This document shows, one piece after another, positions 50,251-64,000 of a stretch of 64,000 nucleotides of DNA. Below the pieces are notes generated by a model that did no database searches, had not been told where the DNA came from, and saw only the letters and a program-made list of their open reading frames with translations. How positions within the stretch are numbered: position 1 is the first letter of the stretch; the number at the start of each line of letters is the position of its first letter. The stretch covers positions 319,094 through 383,093 of the forward strand of contig JAAOMT010000672.1 of the NCBI GenBank assembly GCA_016748015.1, written 5' to 3'. A program made the translations under genes and the position numbers. This stretch comes from Geosiphon pyriformis uo1 (lineage: Eukaryota; Fungi; Glomeromycota).

Positions 50251-52486
50251 AAAAACATAAAAAAAGTTTTTTTCTGGTTAATTTGTATTCTTATTCTTTA
50301 AAAGTATGCTTACTAGTTTAAAAGCTAATAAACAGTAACTTTAACTAAGCAATATTCTTCAAAAAAATTAATATTAATATGATTAAGTCTTTAATTAGAA
50401 ATACTATTGTTGTTAAATTTATTATTCTGATTATTATTGTTTCTAAAAACTGGTAGAAACAAAAAAAATTGTTGTAATTTCTTGAAAAATGTCTAATCAA
50501 TTCACAATAATAACATACAAGTAAATCATAATTTTGTTGTTTTTGATAAAAGAGCTGTTAAGACTAATTAAAATGAAATTCAAATTCGAATTTTTGAAGT
50601 TGTTAATTTTCTTTGATTGTTTGGACTAATGATTTTAATAACCAGACAAGATTGATTATAAGTCTATTTATTAATTGTTTATTGAAATTTAAAATTTAGA
50701 TAGCAAAGAAAATAGCAACTATTTAAAAAGCAAAAGCAAAACTGAAAGTGTGAGTTTTAAATATATCTTTTGGTTGTTTTTAATTCTTTGAGCAAATTCA
50801 ATAGTTATGTTTATAATAAAATTATCTTTTAAAGTCAAAAGAAACCAAAAAGCATATGAGAAATTAGTTTTCAATTTTTTGTAAAAAAGTGAATTTTTTG
50901 TTATTTTTGTCTAATTTCTTCTAAAGTCTATTTATTTGATTAACTTTTTTATTACTTTAGTGTATTTAGTTATTATTTTTTTTAAGTCTTAGATTTTTTT
51001 TTCTAATTTTATATACAATTTAAATATTAAAATTGAAGTCTTAAATTTATTTTCAAACTAAATAATAAAAAAAATATTTTTTTTTCCAATATTAGTTAAT
51101 ATTTATCTGATAATTTTTTGGTAAGTATTAATATTAGTTTTTTGTAAAAACCAGATAGTAGAAAAGTCTTAAAAGTAACTACCAATAATTTAAAACTTGT
51201 ATTCAATATCATATTAGTTAATAGTAATTGTTCTTTTAAAATTGTTCAATTATTTAATTAAGTTTTGGGTATTGTTTTTGAATAATAGTAATAAGTTATT
51301 GTTTTTTTGTCTTAAAACAGTTTGTATACTTTGAAAAGCGACCAAAATATTTGCTTGTATAAAATTAACAGCCATTAATTCAGAAGTAGCTATTTGTATA
51401 AAAAAATTTAATTTACTTAAAAAAAATCAAAAACAAAAGCAGTTTAATAATTTTCTTCTTTTGTTTTAAAGAAAGTTTCAGTTAGTTAATAAACAGCAAT
51501 TCAGATATAAATTTAGTAGTTTAAATATTCGAAATTAGGAAGCTGTTGTTTAAAAGTTATAGAGTATAAAAATTAATTAATATTATTGTTTTTTTTTTAA
51601 AAAAAGTTTTTAAAGTAAGCTTAATCAAAGAGTTAAATTGTGTATACTATATAAATTTTAACTGAATGTTTATTTAAGAATCTTCAAAAGTCTTAAAATT
51701 GTGTATTAAATTGTTTTTTAACAGAAAAGCAAATCAAATAAGAGAACAAAGAATTAAGCTTAATAAAGTTTAGATTATTTCTGTTGTGTATTATAAAGTG
51801 TTTTTTTGATTATTATAACAAATAAAAATAATTATCTATACAATAAAAAGCAATTGAATTTTGACAATTTCATAAAAAACACTATTTTTATGTTATGAAT
51901 TGGAGTAATAAGTTAATAGATAACAAGTAAAAACAATATTGTAGAGTAATAAAAATAATTAAAAAGAGTTTTACAATAAAAGAGCAAATTAAATATATAT
52001 AGATTCAATATATATAATCAATTTTATAAAAATTATAGTCATTAATCTTTTTTAGAAATCTGAAAGTAAAAAAATAGTTTATAATTATTAATAAAATAAC
52101 ACTATTGCTATTATTTTATGTCTTACTTGGCAATTTTTAAAATTAATAACAAGTATTGTTATGTTTTTTATTTAATTAATTATAAAAGCAAGCAATTATT
52201 TTTCAAGCTAATTATAACAATATAAATTAAAAAAAAATAAAAATAAAATATGTAAATACCAACAAATAATTTTTTATTTTAAGATATTTAAATACTTAAA
52301 AATAAAAAAAATAAATAAAAAAAAATAATTAATAGTGAATTTTATTTCATTATTTTAATTATGTTTTTCTATAATTAAAAATTTTTTTATTTATATAGTT
52401 ATTAAAAATAGTTAATAATTAAATCAATAATTAGGTTATTAATCAAGTTAATGATTAGATTAATAATTATATTAATAATTAGCTCA

Positions 52487-54637
52487 GCCCATAATTGAAT
52501 ATAGTTTGCAGTTTAGCTGTGTTTCTAAGAGTGTATGTGAGAGGTGGGACAAAATGTTGAGGAAGGGTTTGAAGCTCAAGACTAATTTGCCCAAGAATTT
52601 TTCAAATGAAGTTTTGTATTATCCAGAGCTATATGATTTAAGAACTTTTGAACAAGTACTGGCTGAAAATATGTTGGCTGGTCTAGTTAAATTTGCTAAT
52701 ATTGACGGAATCCTTAGTGAATTATTTGAACACAGAGCAATAGAATTGTAGGCTGCTAGTTGGATGCCTCAGTACTCTCTTAAATTTCTGATTAAGTTGC
52801 TGGTCAATCCCATGAATGCTTTTTGGCTAGTGCAACACATGTTCTTAAACTGTGCAACCTGTTATTGGGCAGTAATCTGCTTGATGTTTTTTGGGCCAGG
52901 AATAGTATTGCAGTTCTAGATGTGCTTGGTATTGAGTCTTATTTGAGCATAGTGAAGTCTCTTAAGAGATATAGTGTGGTGTTTGTGAACCAGCTTCTGG
53001 ATTACCACAGCAAGTGTTTTATATAGAACACTTTTCGCAGGTGAAAAAAGCTGGACCCTAGAGGCCCAGTTCCTGTCTGGTTTGCTTCTTTGGTCAAATT
53101 TGTCATTGAAGGTGGCTTGTCAATTGGTGTGATGTTGTTTTTTTGTTCTGTTCTCACTGACTATCTTTGTGACTTTGGTTATGTTAGTAAGTGTCTGCTG
53201 AATTCTGGGTTGGACTCTATAACTGTCTACACAGATGGTTCTGTCAAGAATTTGGGTTTGTTATGTGCTTGTGGTGATACTACTGCATATTTTCCAAATA
53301 TAGACACTAGTGTTAGGGTTAAGGTAGATAGGTTGCTGTCATTAATCTTAGTAGAAATGCAGACCATCATACTTGTCTTTGAGTGTGTGTCTGTTTCTCA
53401 ATTGGTTGATTTATATATAGACAGCCAAGCTTCACTAGACTTATGTAAATCCACCAGTAGTATGACTGGTTCTGACTTTCATGATAAATACTAGATTGAA
53501 AAAGAACATATTCACTGTGTTATTGCAAAAAAAAGTTTGTTGACTATGTGAAATAAGGTCAAAAACCATTCTGGTGTTGTTGAAAATAAACATGCTAATT
53601 TCTATGCTGATACAGCTGTCACCTCTAAGTTCTTTCTACTTTTTGTGGTATTTTATTGCTTTCTCGTTGTTAAAAGCAGACTTGTTTCCGGAAATGCTCA
53701 TTATGTTGCCAAAAAATTATTCAATTCTGTTTACTCTGTTGGTTGGGAAGCCAGATGTGTTGGTAACATTATTAGTGTGGATCTTAGTATTTGTTTTGAT
53801 AAAGCCAGGATATTTTGTGTTTGGCATCCTGATGGTAAGATCAGATCTGGTTACACTAGCACTGCATCAGCAACACTTCAGTTATACTTTATGAAGATGC
53901 TTCATCATTGTTTGCCTGTGGCCAAAAGAAAAAAGATATATAATCTGAGTGTTGCCTGTATTCAGTGTGATTTAGTGGAGGACTTTGATCATGTTTTCTT
54001 TTGCAGTCATGATGTGAATGTTAGAAATACCTTATTATCTGATGCTACTTTGGAGTGGAATGTGTTGTTGGGCACTTCTACCAATGGGAATGCTATCGCT
54101 GATTTGCTAAATAAGACTGCTTCTTCCATAGACTTGTTCACAGCACTGGCTAAGAGTTTTGTGCTGAAGAGTTGGATGGTTGACATAGTGGGCCATTTGG
54201 GTGCTAACGCTGATGGGAGTATGTTGGTTGTCAATTTCATTTGTTATTTTGCTAAGAGTCACAGGTCGGCCATTTGGCTGCCAGTAGCTAAGTTAAGAGC
54301 CTATTATAAAAAACATAATCTCCTACCATAAGATGAATTGTCTATTTTTTCAGTATCTGATTTATTTTTTTTATAGTCTGCTGGGATGATTTGAGATTTT
54401 GGTTTTAGGCTAGGTATCCATGTGTGTTTTGGGTTGTATCCATGTTTAACCAGATTGATTTTGGTTTTCTCTGTGATTTTCTTGTAGTGAGGTGTTTAGG
54501 TGTATAGTGCTGCCTTGATTGGCCCAAGTGGCTGGTCATGTGTAGAAAAGACATGAGCCATGCTTAATTTAGATTATTTTGATCTATGTATTTAGATAGT
54601 GGTTGGGCTGTACTCATAAAACTTTTAATAAAAAAAA
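52487..54637 (+). mobile_element. 5'-truncated LINE, second subfamily (post-RT region, RNase H, Zn finger, 3' UTR, A-tail)
   Basis: TVYTDGSV, VEMQTI, IDSQ, KVKNHSG, CIQCDLVEDFDHVFFC; 14-bp TSD TAATAATTAGCTCA at 52473-52486 and 54638-54651. Confidence 0.93.
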
Positions 54638-55555
54638 TAATAATTAGCTCAATAGTTAGGTCATTAATCAGATTAATAATTACTATCTAAAAATAGAATG
54701 GTTAATTATATAATATCATTGGCTAATATCTGTAACAACTAATAAAAATTGTGGATTTTAATTATAATATTATTAACAAAAAATAATATACTTGTATAAT
54801 TTTATGTTTTATGCTAATACTTTTAGAATTTAATATTAAATATTAATTATATTTTTTAGTAATATTTATTTAATAATCTTCAAAACTAATAATTACAAGT
54901 AAATACTAACAAGTAATTTTTTATTACAAAAATATTCAGATACTTAAAAAAAATTAGAAAAAAGAATAAATAAATTTGAAAAATTGAATATTTTAAAAGT
55001 GATTTTTATTATTTTTTATATATGTTTTGTATATTTAAACATGTTTTTCTAAAGTTAAAAAATATATTATTTATATATAATTATTCAAAATAGTCAATGA
55101 CTAAATTAATAATTAGATTATTAATCAGATTAATAATCAAATCAATAATCAAGTTAACAACCAGATTATAATTGAGTCATTAATTATTTTCTCAAAATAA
55201 AATAGTAAATTACATAATATTAATAACTAATATATATAATAATTAATAAAAACTATGGCTTTTAACTATAATTATAGTTTAAAAATAATATTAATAACCA
55301 AAATTTGAAATATTAATTAGCATGAAATTATTCCTATAATTTTTATTATTAATTAACATATATTATTATTTCAATTTATTACTTATTATTTTATTAAATT
55401 ATCCGAATTATTATTCAATTAATAATTTAATTTGTATAAAATACAAATATAATTAAATTGTAATAATTAAATTATACAATATATCAAACTATATAATATT
55501 TAAAATTTGCTAAAATATTTAATAATTTAACAAAATAGTAAACAGTTTACTAAAA

Positions 55556-58383
55556 ATTTTTTTTATTTATTTATTTAATGAGTGAGATCCAAACACTACT
55601 TAGAACTATACATCAAGGAAATGATCTAAACTAAGCATGAATCATGCATTTTCTATACATAACCAGCCATTTGAGCCAGTCAGAACAACATTATGTACTT
55701 ATATTGACAGAAACCGGGTCACCAATACCTGAAAAAAACGTACAAAACTTGTGAAACCCAAAATGGATCCCAAAAGCTTTAGCAATACCAAGCAATTTAA
55801 TTACACCAGCTGAGAATCCCAAAACCAAACCAGAAACTGAGATGGAGATCGAGCCATTTGCTAGGATCAGACTATTCTTTTCCATAAATGCGCAATATTT
55901 AGCATAGACCAACCAAATGTCATTCCTAAAAGCAAAACAAATAGATTGCACAAAATCAGCAATTTTAACACCAGCAACTTTGGGATTATGAAAGATAGAA
56001 ATAGCCTCCCAAAACCACTTATTAAAAACAAAACCCTTGTAAAAAGCTGAGAAAACCGGAAAGTCCAAAGCACAGGTTGACAGCAGCTGTAATATACTCG
56101 AAGAAGGAAGAAAGAGACCAGAAAGCACTCCCCAAGAAAACATGAAAGATTCCAAGACCTGATGACAAACTGAATTATCAACTATACAAGAAAACACATG
56201 ATCAGACACCTCCACTTCACCACAATACAAATACAGAACACTAGGGTAATATTTATTGTAAATGTGCTTTCAAACAGCCATGGGAAGCTAATGGTGTAAA
56301 GCTTTTATGAAGTAAGTTTGATTATCAGCAGTCAGCCTGCTGGTGAAACCAGTGACCATATGCAAATCAGGGTGCCAAACCCTAGAAGAACAAAGCCAAT
56401 CGACATCTGAATGCAAATCACCATCTAGAAATCCAAAACCAGAACCAACCTCCCAATGTGCATGACAAATAGCATGAAAAACATCATGAACAAAGTGCCT
56501 AGAATTACCAGAAACAACACCACCATCTGCCAACAAAAAATGTCCACTAATACAAAAAGGAAGATACCAACCAGAGAAAAATGCAGCATTAGCAATGCTA
56601 TTGGTGCAATTATTCCCTAAAATACCAGAGTGGCCCTTAACTTTGTGTCATTTAACTCTCAAATTCTTACTACAAATAACATTCCTAATATGCCGACACT
56701 TGACCCAACACTGATTGTGAAAATTAGAACACACTAAGTCAGACTTCAACCTACAAGCATCCAAAGCCACCTGACTATCTGAAAACAGATGAACAGAACA
56801 AGGCGCAAGCACACACTCCAGAGCCAATGCTATAGTCTGCAGTTCCGTCAAAGTGAATGACACTAAGCCCTAAACACCAACACCCAAACCCAAATTAATG
56901 TTCTCAAAAAAGGCAGCAGCCCTGGCCCTACAACCAATTGTGCCCAAATTCTTCAATAAACCATTTGTGTACACAGACAAGCTATTAGTGCTGACCCGAG
57001 AAAGATGATCACAGACAGACACAAAATCATTAGAACCACAAATGTCCAGAGGACCAACACCAGCTGATGCTGAGGGAAAAAAACGAAAAGCCATAAAAAA
57101 TACAACAGAAAGTTTGAACCATTCAAGAACCAGACCATGAGGATTCAGCCTCTTCCACTGCTTAAAAGTGTGCCAGTTAAAGATACAACCATAATGATCA
57201 TAAAGCTGGTCTACAAAGACAATGCTATAACACCAGAGAGAAGGTAAAAACTTGTAAAACAAAGACTCACCAAGAACAACAGACATAAATATCTCACCAT
57301 GAAACCAGAAAGAGCTGGCCAAAGAGCCATTTAAAGATAACTTGCAGTCAAAAAGAATGTGAACTACACTAGTTAAAAAATTATTAGAAATGTTGACACA
57401 AATACGAACAGAGGAAACCAATGGATGGACAGGCTGCTAACACAGAACTTGTAAATCATAAGACCTGTGACTGAACAAGTGCCCTAAAATCCCACCAGAG
57501 TTTGCAAAACTAATAAGTAAAACAACTTTACCCTTAGATTGACACTGCGAAAAAAACTTCAAACCATAAAAGAAGGGGTGATGAATTGTATCACTAGGAA
57601 AATCTAGTAAAAAACCAGATTTTAGCTTCAAGTCTTTGTGAATCAAAGCATCCCATTTGTTGTACACACCAACAGGAACAAAGCTAAACTGTGTTTTATA
57701 TTTAACAATAGGGTGAAAAACTGCTGAAACCAAATATAAGAACTGTTTATCTGAGACAGTTTTTTTCAAAACCAAATTAATGAAAAAATAAAAATCTGAA
57801 TGTGCTCTTGCCAAACTAGGTTTAGAAAAGCTCTCAGTTGAAAAAAAAATACCCAAGTATTGATGAGACTCCCCCTTTTTGGTGATTGAAATAGGCAAAC
57901 TACTGATAAAAAGAGAAAGATCACTAATTCTGTTGTTAATAGGAATCACCACTGTTTTGTCATTGTTAATTGAGATATTATTAATCCAAAAAAATTCACT
58001 GGCAATATTGAGAATATGTTGAGTAGCACTTTGACTGCTACCAACCCAAATTGTATCATCAATGAAGACACCAGCAGCAAAAAAAGAAGAATGCCCAGCC
58101 TAAGATTCAGCACGACCATTCTTGGAAATAAAATAAGAATTCAGTCTATCTACATACACTTTCCTAACACTTGACTTTACACAACAAAAGAAAAGAGAAA
58201 ACTTTTCCTTGATCCAGACTATCATGTACATGATAACTATTTGTCAAACCAAAATTTGTCATAATCTGGTTGGTATAATTATTGTAAATGTTGCCAAAAA
58301 AACAAATGAATTTGCTACACATCTTAATCCTAATCAAACTATTTTTGAGATGTTCCTAGCCAACCAAATCATATGCTTTCTGC
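55556..58383 (-). mobile_element. LINE (RT C-terminal half, RNase H, Zn finger, 3' UTR with (AATA)n/A tail), interrupted at 58383 by an LTR element
   Basis: ORF pieces 55691-57952 share one frame and parallel 47124-49487; RT motif QKAYDLVG is cut at 58383. Confidence 0.93.
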
Positions 58384-59248
58384 TGTTACTCATAGAAATA
58401 TAGAGAATATATATTAACATAGTTATTAACCAATCAGAAATAGACATAATAAAATGTGGAATTCCAGGATTTTTCTCAGGAATTGCAGGATTCCAGGAAT
58501 TACAGGATTCTCACAAGAAATTGCAGGATTCTAGAATTCCAAGATTCCTTTCAAAAGAATTGCAGGATTCCAGGAATCCCAGAATTCCTGTTGTAAAGAA
58601 TTGAGGAATTAAGAAATTTCAATTATGTATATATAGCAATAGGATTAAAAGCTAAAAAAACAGACCTCTCAGTTTAGATTTTTCTGGACAACTTTCCAAA
58701 TCACAAATAAATAACTGTTTGTTATCTCAAACCTGCTGCCACTATCAACACTTTATGTTGATAGTAATTGATACTTAACCACACTAGAACAATAGCTCTT
58801 GATCATGGCTATTGATGGAATACTAACTTGTAAATCACCTTGGCTTATTTTTTTTTTCTTTATTTTTTTTTTTCTTTATTTCTTGCTTTGATTTTATTGT
58901 TGTTTACTAACTCTATTGAGAATTAATGTGTGGGGTACTGATGTCAGGATAAACGTGACTGGTAAAAGACCCAGAAATAAGGGTAGAACACTCGATTGAA
59001 GATAGCTTATCAGGAGGAATACCAGCCATCAAGCTGAGAAAGAAATTGACAAAACTGTGGTTTCAGGAAGCTATAGATAAAACTATTACCATTGAATTTC
59101 TGTCCATTATACAAAAAACTCAACCAAACCTTTCGGATACAGACCCTTCAAACACAAACCTTCAAATCACTACCAACTACAACTAGATTTGAGCACCAAG
59201 TTACAGGTTTGTTATTTAATTCAACACCAAAAATAGTCATCTGTAACA
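58384..59248 (+). repeat. 5' LTR of a Ty3/Gypsy-like element
   Basis: Starts TGTTAC and ends GTAACA (terminal inverted repeat); internal tandem GAATT(G/C)CAGGATTCCAG units ~58458-58610; TATATATAG ~58628; immediately followed by a PBS. Confidence 0.85.
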
Positions 59249-59250
59249 TT

Positions 59251-59267
59251 TGGTGCTCTCTGTGAGG
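59251..59267 (+). promoter_or_regulatory. Primer-binding site
   Basis: TGGTGCTCTCTGTGAGG, 2 nt after the LTR end; complementary to a tRNA 3' end of the ...CCUCAC..GAGCACCA type (elongator Met or Ile-UAU-like; identity uncertain). Confidence 0.75.
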
Positions 59268-59307
59268 TATAATCCTACAGAAAACCAGCATCAACACAAA
59301 TCTAAAA

Positions 59308-62300
59308 GTGGCAGAATCAGAAAACATAGGAGCAAACCATCTAGGATTCACAAAATTCTTATTTCAACACTATTGTCAACATTTGGGATTAAATCACAAC
59401 CACATATTAGTGGAATCAGCTTTCAATTTCTATGTTAACAAAAGAATTGCCTATCTGTTAGGAACACTAGTAAATATTGAATCGACAAGAGAAGCCTTTT
59501 ACAGTAAATTAATTCAAAATACCAACCTGCCAACAAATCACAATTTCACCTCTATCATCATGGAAATCAACAAAAAAATTAAACACCACACACAGCAAAA
59601 ATACCCCATTACTTATGTGAGCAAAGGCAAAGGAAAACTGCAAACACCAGTAGTAACACCCAAAAAAATACAACCATCTACTTGGAAAAAAACAAGAGTT
59701 GAGTTCCCAACTAATCCATCATACCACTATACACCTGGAAACACCATTAATATTACATCTACTGGCACAGCCACATCAAACATAACATCAGCATTTGGAT
59801 GATTTTCATTCCAAAGTAAACAAAAAAAAGCAGAGTTATTAAGACCATACAGCATGTATTTTGAAAGATTTAACTTGTGATCATCAACGCCATCAGGACT
59901 CTGATCGCCACCACTTCCCCCAGATTTCAGAATTTCTGATCTGTGGGAAGTAACAAAATCAGAAGAAGAGAAAGAAAAAGAAACTGAAGATCAAGAATTC
60001 ACTTACTAGAACCCAATTACTGAAAACCCGGAATTTGAAACCCCGAATCTTCAAACCCAGCAAAATTTAAACCCAGAAAATCCAGAAATCAAAACTCCAA
60101 ATATTTAGACACCACCAACTCAGAATAATCAAAACCCTGATTTAATAAATCAACAAAACTTACCTCCAGTAATCGTCATCAATCAACCACCGATTAATCC
60201 AATAGCTAAATCTATATAACCACTATTTCAACTACCACCCCAACAACCCGTGCAACAACAACCATTTCAACCACCACCACAACAACCCAACTTAGATCCA
60301 ATGGCCTATGCACTAATCACAAAACTTGACAATTTTACTGGTGAAGAGAACAACACCCAAATATGGCTCAATGACATTGAAAAAGCCATAGTGACCAACA
60401 GATAGAATGATGATAGAGCCCTTCAAGCAATCCCCTATTTTCTCAAAGATACTGCCAACTCATGGTATTAGAGCCTAGCCACCAAACCACAAACCTTGAA
60501 TGAGTTCAAAACAGAATTCTTGAGATACTTTAGTAATAACAATAGTATTAATTGCTTGACCAACACATTCACCACCATTAAACAAGGGGACACAGAAGCA
60601 GTCACCACTTACTTGGGATGCTTCCATAGAAATCTGTGCCAAATTCAGGCAATCCAAGCTGATTACTTTACAGTGCCACAGATCTTGAACCAGTTCATCA
60701 GAGGATTACACAGTAGCATTCTTCAGCGAATATGTCCAATGCACCCAGTGAACTTTCCAACTGCAGTCACCTATGCTAGAGATTTTGAAGCAGCTGAACT
60801 AAAAGCTAATCATACTCAAGCTGTGAATTTAGCAATGAATAGATCATCTGAATTGGATTCCAAATTGAAGCAATTCAGTAATTCAATTAATTAGAAATTA
60901 GAGGGATACTTAGCTGACAATCACATGATTTATTAACCTCTTCAATGGTGTAACAATCAGGGAAACATGAATCATTTCCAAAATCAGTCATGTCCATCAT
61001 CATTATTCAATCAGTTGTGGTAGCCAAAGACATGTGTCTGCCACAACTGTGGTAAACAAGGACACATCAGAGCCAACTGCCATACTTATAGCAATTCATG
61101 ATCAAGAAATCAATATAGAAATTCTGATCACCAGTTCCAGATTCTGAACCATTACCTGAATCAAGACCAATACCAACCCACTTATCTGCTTATGATGCAC
61201 CAACTAATTTATCAACCACCAGTTTATCAAACTCCAGTTTATTAACCACCACCACAAGCAATTTATCAGGCACAGTTACAAGTAATATATCAACCACAGC
61301 CACCAGCAATCTATCAAACACCTACCATTCAAACACTCCCAGCAAACCCAGCTCAAATGACATCAGGGAACCCAAGATTGAGGATTACCCAAAACTGGAG
61401 ATTGGCGATAGTTGTACATCAACCAATCTTCAGCTCTTCCCACCAACAATCAGAATCTTGTCAGCAGAATTCAGGCACTGGTTTCACCCAAAACCCAAAT
61501 TCCCAACACTATTTAAGCCTCCTGGTAACTCCAGAAGATACCACATCTAGCAATCTGAGAATTAAACAACAACAACCACCTACCAATAATATTTCATCTG
61601 CTACAATCACCGAAAATGAATCTTTGGATGCCATTTTTCTATTTGAACTCAAAAAACCATCAAATACACCATTATTTAGTGAAGCTGTACTTAAAAAAAA
61701 ACTGATTACTGCCATGTATACTGATGCCAAGATTGATGACCACTTCATCAAATTAATCCTTGACAGTGGTTTAGCAGGCAGCATTATCACATGACAATTC
61801 ATGGATCAATTAGGTTGCCGAGTTGATCACGCTGCCAATACTAAGATTATTACCATGGATGGAGCCACCAAAACCCCAATTGGCGAAATTGATGACTTAC
61901 TAATTGAAGTCAATGGCATTGTAGTACTCATCAAAGTTCTGGTGATGAAAGCCACCCAATACCAAGCTTTAGTTGGTAATTACTGGCTATCCAAAACCAA
62001 TGCCATGCTTGATTGAATAACCCAAGAACTAGTACTCAGTCAGAATAGTCAACACATGTGAGTACCAGCAACATGTGATCACTTTAAAGCTACCAATACC
62101 ACAGCATTCCTAATTGACCTCGAAGAAAAAAAACCAAAACCTACCTGGGAAGCATATCAAGTCTTGTGGACCAACAAAGAACACAATGAGCTGCCGCCAA
62201 TATTTTCATGGGACGACAACAGCAAAGGAAAACAAAAAAAAACAGAATCTACTTAGAACACAGACCAAGCCTGAGACACCAACCATAACTTAAAAGAATC

Positions 62301-64000
62301 ACCCAGTTGGGAATGGAATAAAAGAGAAAAAGGGAAAGAAAAGGTGAAGGAAAAAGGGCCACTACCAACTGCCAGTTACACTTCTTATACATATACACCA
62401 CCACAATTATTGAACTATTGCTGACCAAAGCTTATATGCATTAATTGTGGTAAAAAATTGTTGTCAATGGGCGCATGCTGTGGCGATAATAAGGAATACC
62501 AGATGGCAACTAAGTTTTATTGCCACACATGCCTCGTCAAATACTTTGGAAGACCAAAACAAGTGGGAAAATGGGATAATACACCATGTTTAGCTTGTGC
62601 GGAAACTTTTCTTGATGAAAGAATGTGGAACAACATTCCTGGGAGAGGAGAAATGTGTGATGAAACCTGCCAGTATACAATACTAATTAATGATTATGTA
62701 CACAAGGGAACACCAATCGACAATGCCTGAAAACGAGCATTATGACAATTAGAAGGATATTCACATGACAAACATGAACTCTGGAGAATGGTAAGTGCGA
62801 AGACAGAAGATGTAACAACCAGTGAACTACTAGAAATCAAAAACAACCCCTTATCTCTGCCTGAATCTGAATACGTCCTAACATTTGATGTATTCGGCAA
62901 CATTGAAAATGATTTAGAAGAATTTTACAAGCACTATCAATAATTGGCATCTACTCAAGAAGAACAAGAACAACAGTTGGAAAAAATAAACACTCAACTA
63001 TGTGACTACTGTTTGATTCCATGTGACTTCCAATATTGTAATGAGTGTGACCTTATTTACAATCTGCCATCACACATGATCTACACAATCCCAGAGAAAG
63101 AGGAACCAATTAGCAGTTGTGCATCAGAATTGGAATCAATTTTTAATTCCAATTCAAACTTTGACAATAATGATAACAAAAACACCAGTTCCAGTTCCAT
63201 CCAATATGGCAATAACAATGACAATGATTCCAACTCAGATTTAAACCCCAATTTAGATTATGAACAATATATTGCGCTCTTTGACCTTGCCAAGGAGCAG
63301 GAACTTAAATGGTTCAATAATAATAATGAAGGTATTATGCCAGAACACACGCATGATACCAATGCCAAATTTGATCTGAGGTATCCAGGAAAAGATGCTA
63401 TCCAATTAGAATCATATTTATGCACCTGTATTGATTTGAAAATAGCACTGGAAATTCTGGCAACAACAATGGTTCAATTAGCATCTAAAAGTAGTCTAAT
63501 GAAAAGAGAGATAAATATCAGAGGGGGAATAATTGACGCGGGATATGTAAGAAATATCATCGCCATGCTACAAAATAACTCAGAAAAGGCCTATATTATA
63601 GAGCCAAACAAAAAGATAGCACAAGCAATTTTCTTGCCTCTGGTTAAAGTAGCTCAATTAGTATTAGTAGGAAACAGAGAAGAACTAGGGATAACAGCAA
63701 GAGGAATACAGGGATTTGGATCCACAGGTAGAATAGATGTACTAGTCAATATGGTGGAGAAAAAAATTATTGGTCAAGGAGAAATTATCTCAACCAGTTA
63801 AACAATTTCTATTCCACCATATAGCTGATACATGTTAGCAATAGAAAGGAAAAAGAAGGAGCAAGAACAGATTTTTGAAGCAGAAGCAACTCTTTGTGAA
63901 TCAGAAGAAATTGGACTTATCAATCTACACATACCAGCCAAGAGCCATAACCATATCAAAATTTCCATCTACAACAACACTGGAAATATTGTAGAAATAC
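59308..64000 (+). pseudogene. Gag-protease-(Cys-rich)-dUTPase polyprotein of an LTR retrotransposon, single frame with many nonsense codons, running off the window
   Basis: Gag (KLDNFTGE..WLNDIEKA..AIPYFLKDTANSWY..IKQGDTEAV..QFIRGL), CCHC knuckle CHNCGKQGHIRANC (~61037-61080), protease LILDSGLAGSII and ALVGNYWL; ORF pieces at 59308, 60496, 61357, 61801, 62458 and 62944 share one frame. Confidence 0.92.
63331..63729 (+). pseudogene. Trimeric dUTPase domain within the retrotransposon polyprotein
   Basis: Five motifs in order: NAKFDL (AGxDL), SKSSL (RSS), GGIIDAGYVRNI, KKIAQAIF, RGIQGFGSTG. Confidence 0.92.

Noticed and set aside
58455-58612. CRISPR-like short repeats
   Set aside because: Degenerate tandem units without unique regular spacers, inside an LTR, with no cas genes

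Overview
Eukaryotic, AT-rich, transposon-dominated fungal DNA. Short GT-AG introns, Sel1 and BTB genes and the style of the repeats point to Glomeromycotina, and the retroelement proteins resemble Geosiphon pyriformis-type repeats (inference from recognition, no search run). Five probable intact host genes: a 6-exon coiled-coil protein, a secreted KEX2-type precursor of a very basic Arg-Ser/His peptide, an intronless Sel1-repeat protein, a secreted Pro/Ala/Cys-repeat protein, and a KCTD-type BTB protein. Most notable are three decayed copies of an IS607-family element carrying a serine recombinase (TnpA) and a Fanzor2/TnpB RNA-guided nuclease. These are largely invisible in the ORF track. One copy has an internal inversion and two bracket the Sel1 gene. 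The rest is nested TEs: Tc1 (DD35E) and pogo DNA transposons with TIRs and TA target duplications, three RNase H-bearing LINEs sharing a 3' stem-loop, and a Ty3/Gypsy-like LTR element with Cys-rich inserts and a dUTPase. Long near-pure-AT blocks are recognisable relics of the same retroelements, eroded by C>T and G>A transitions in a RIP-like gradient.
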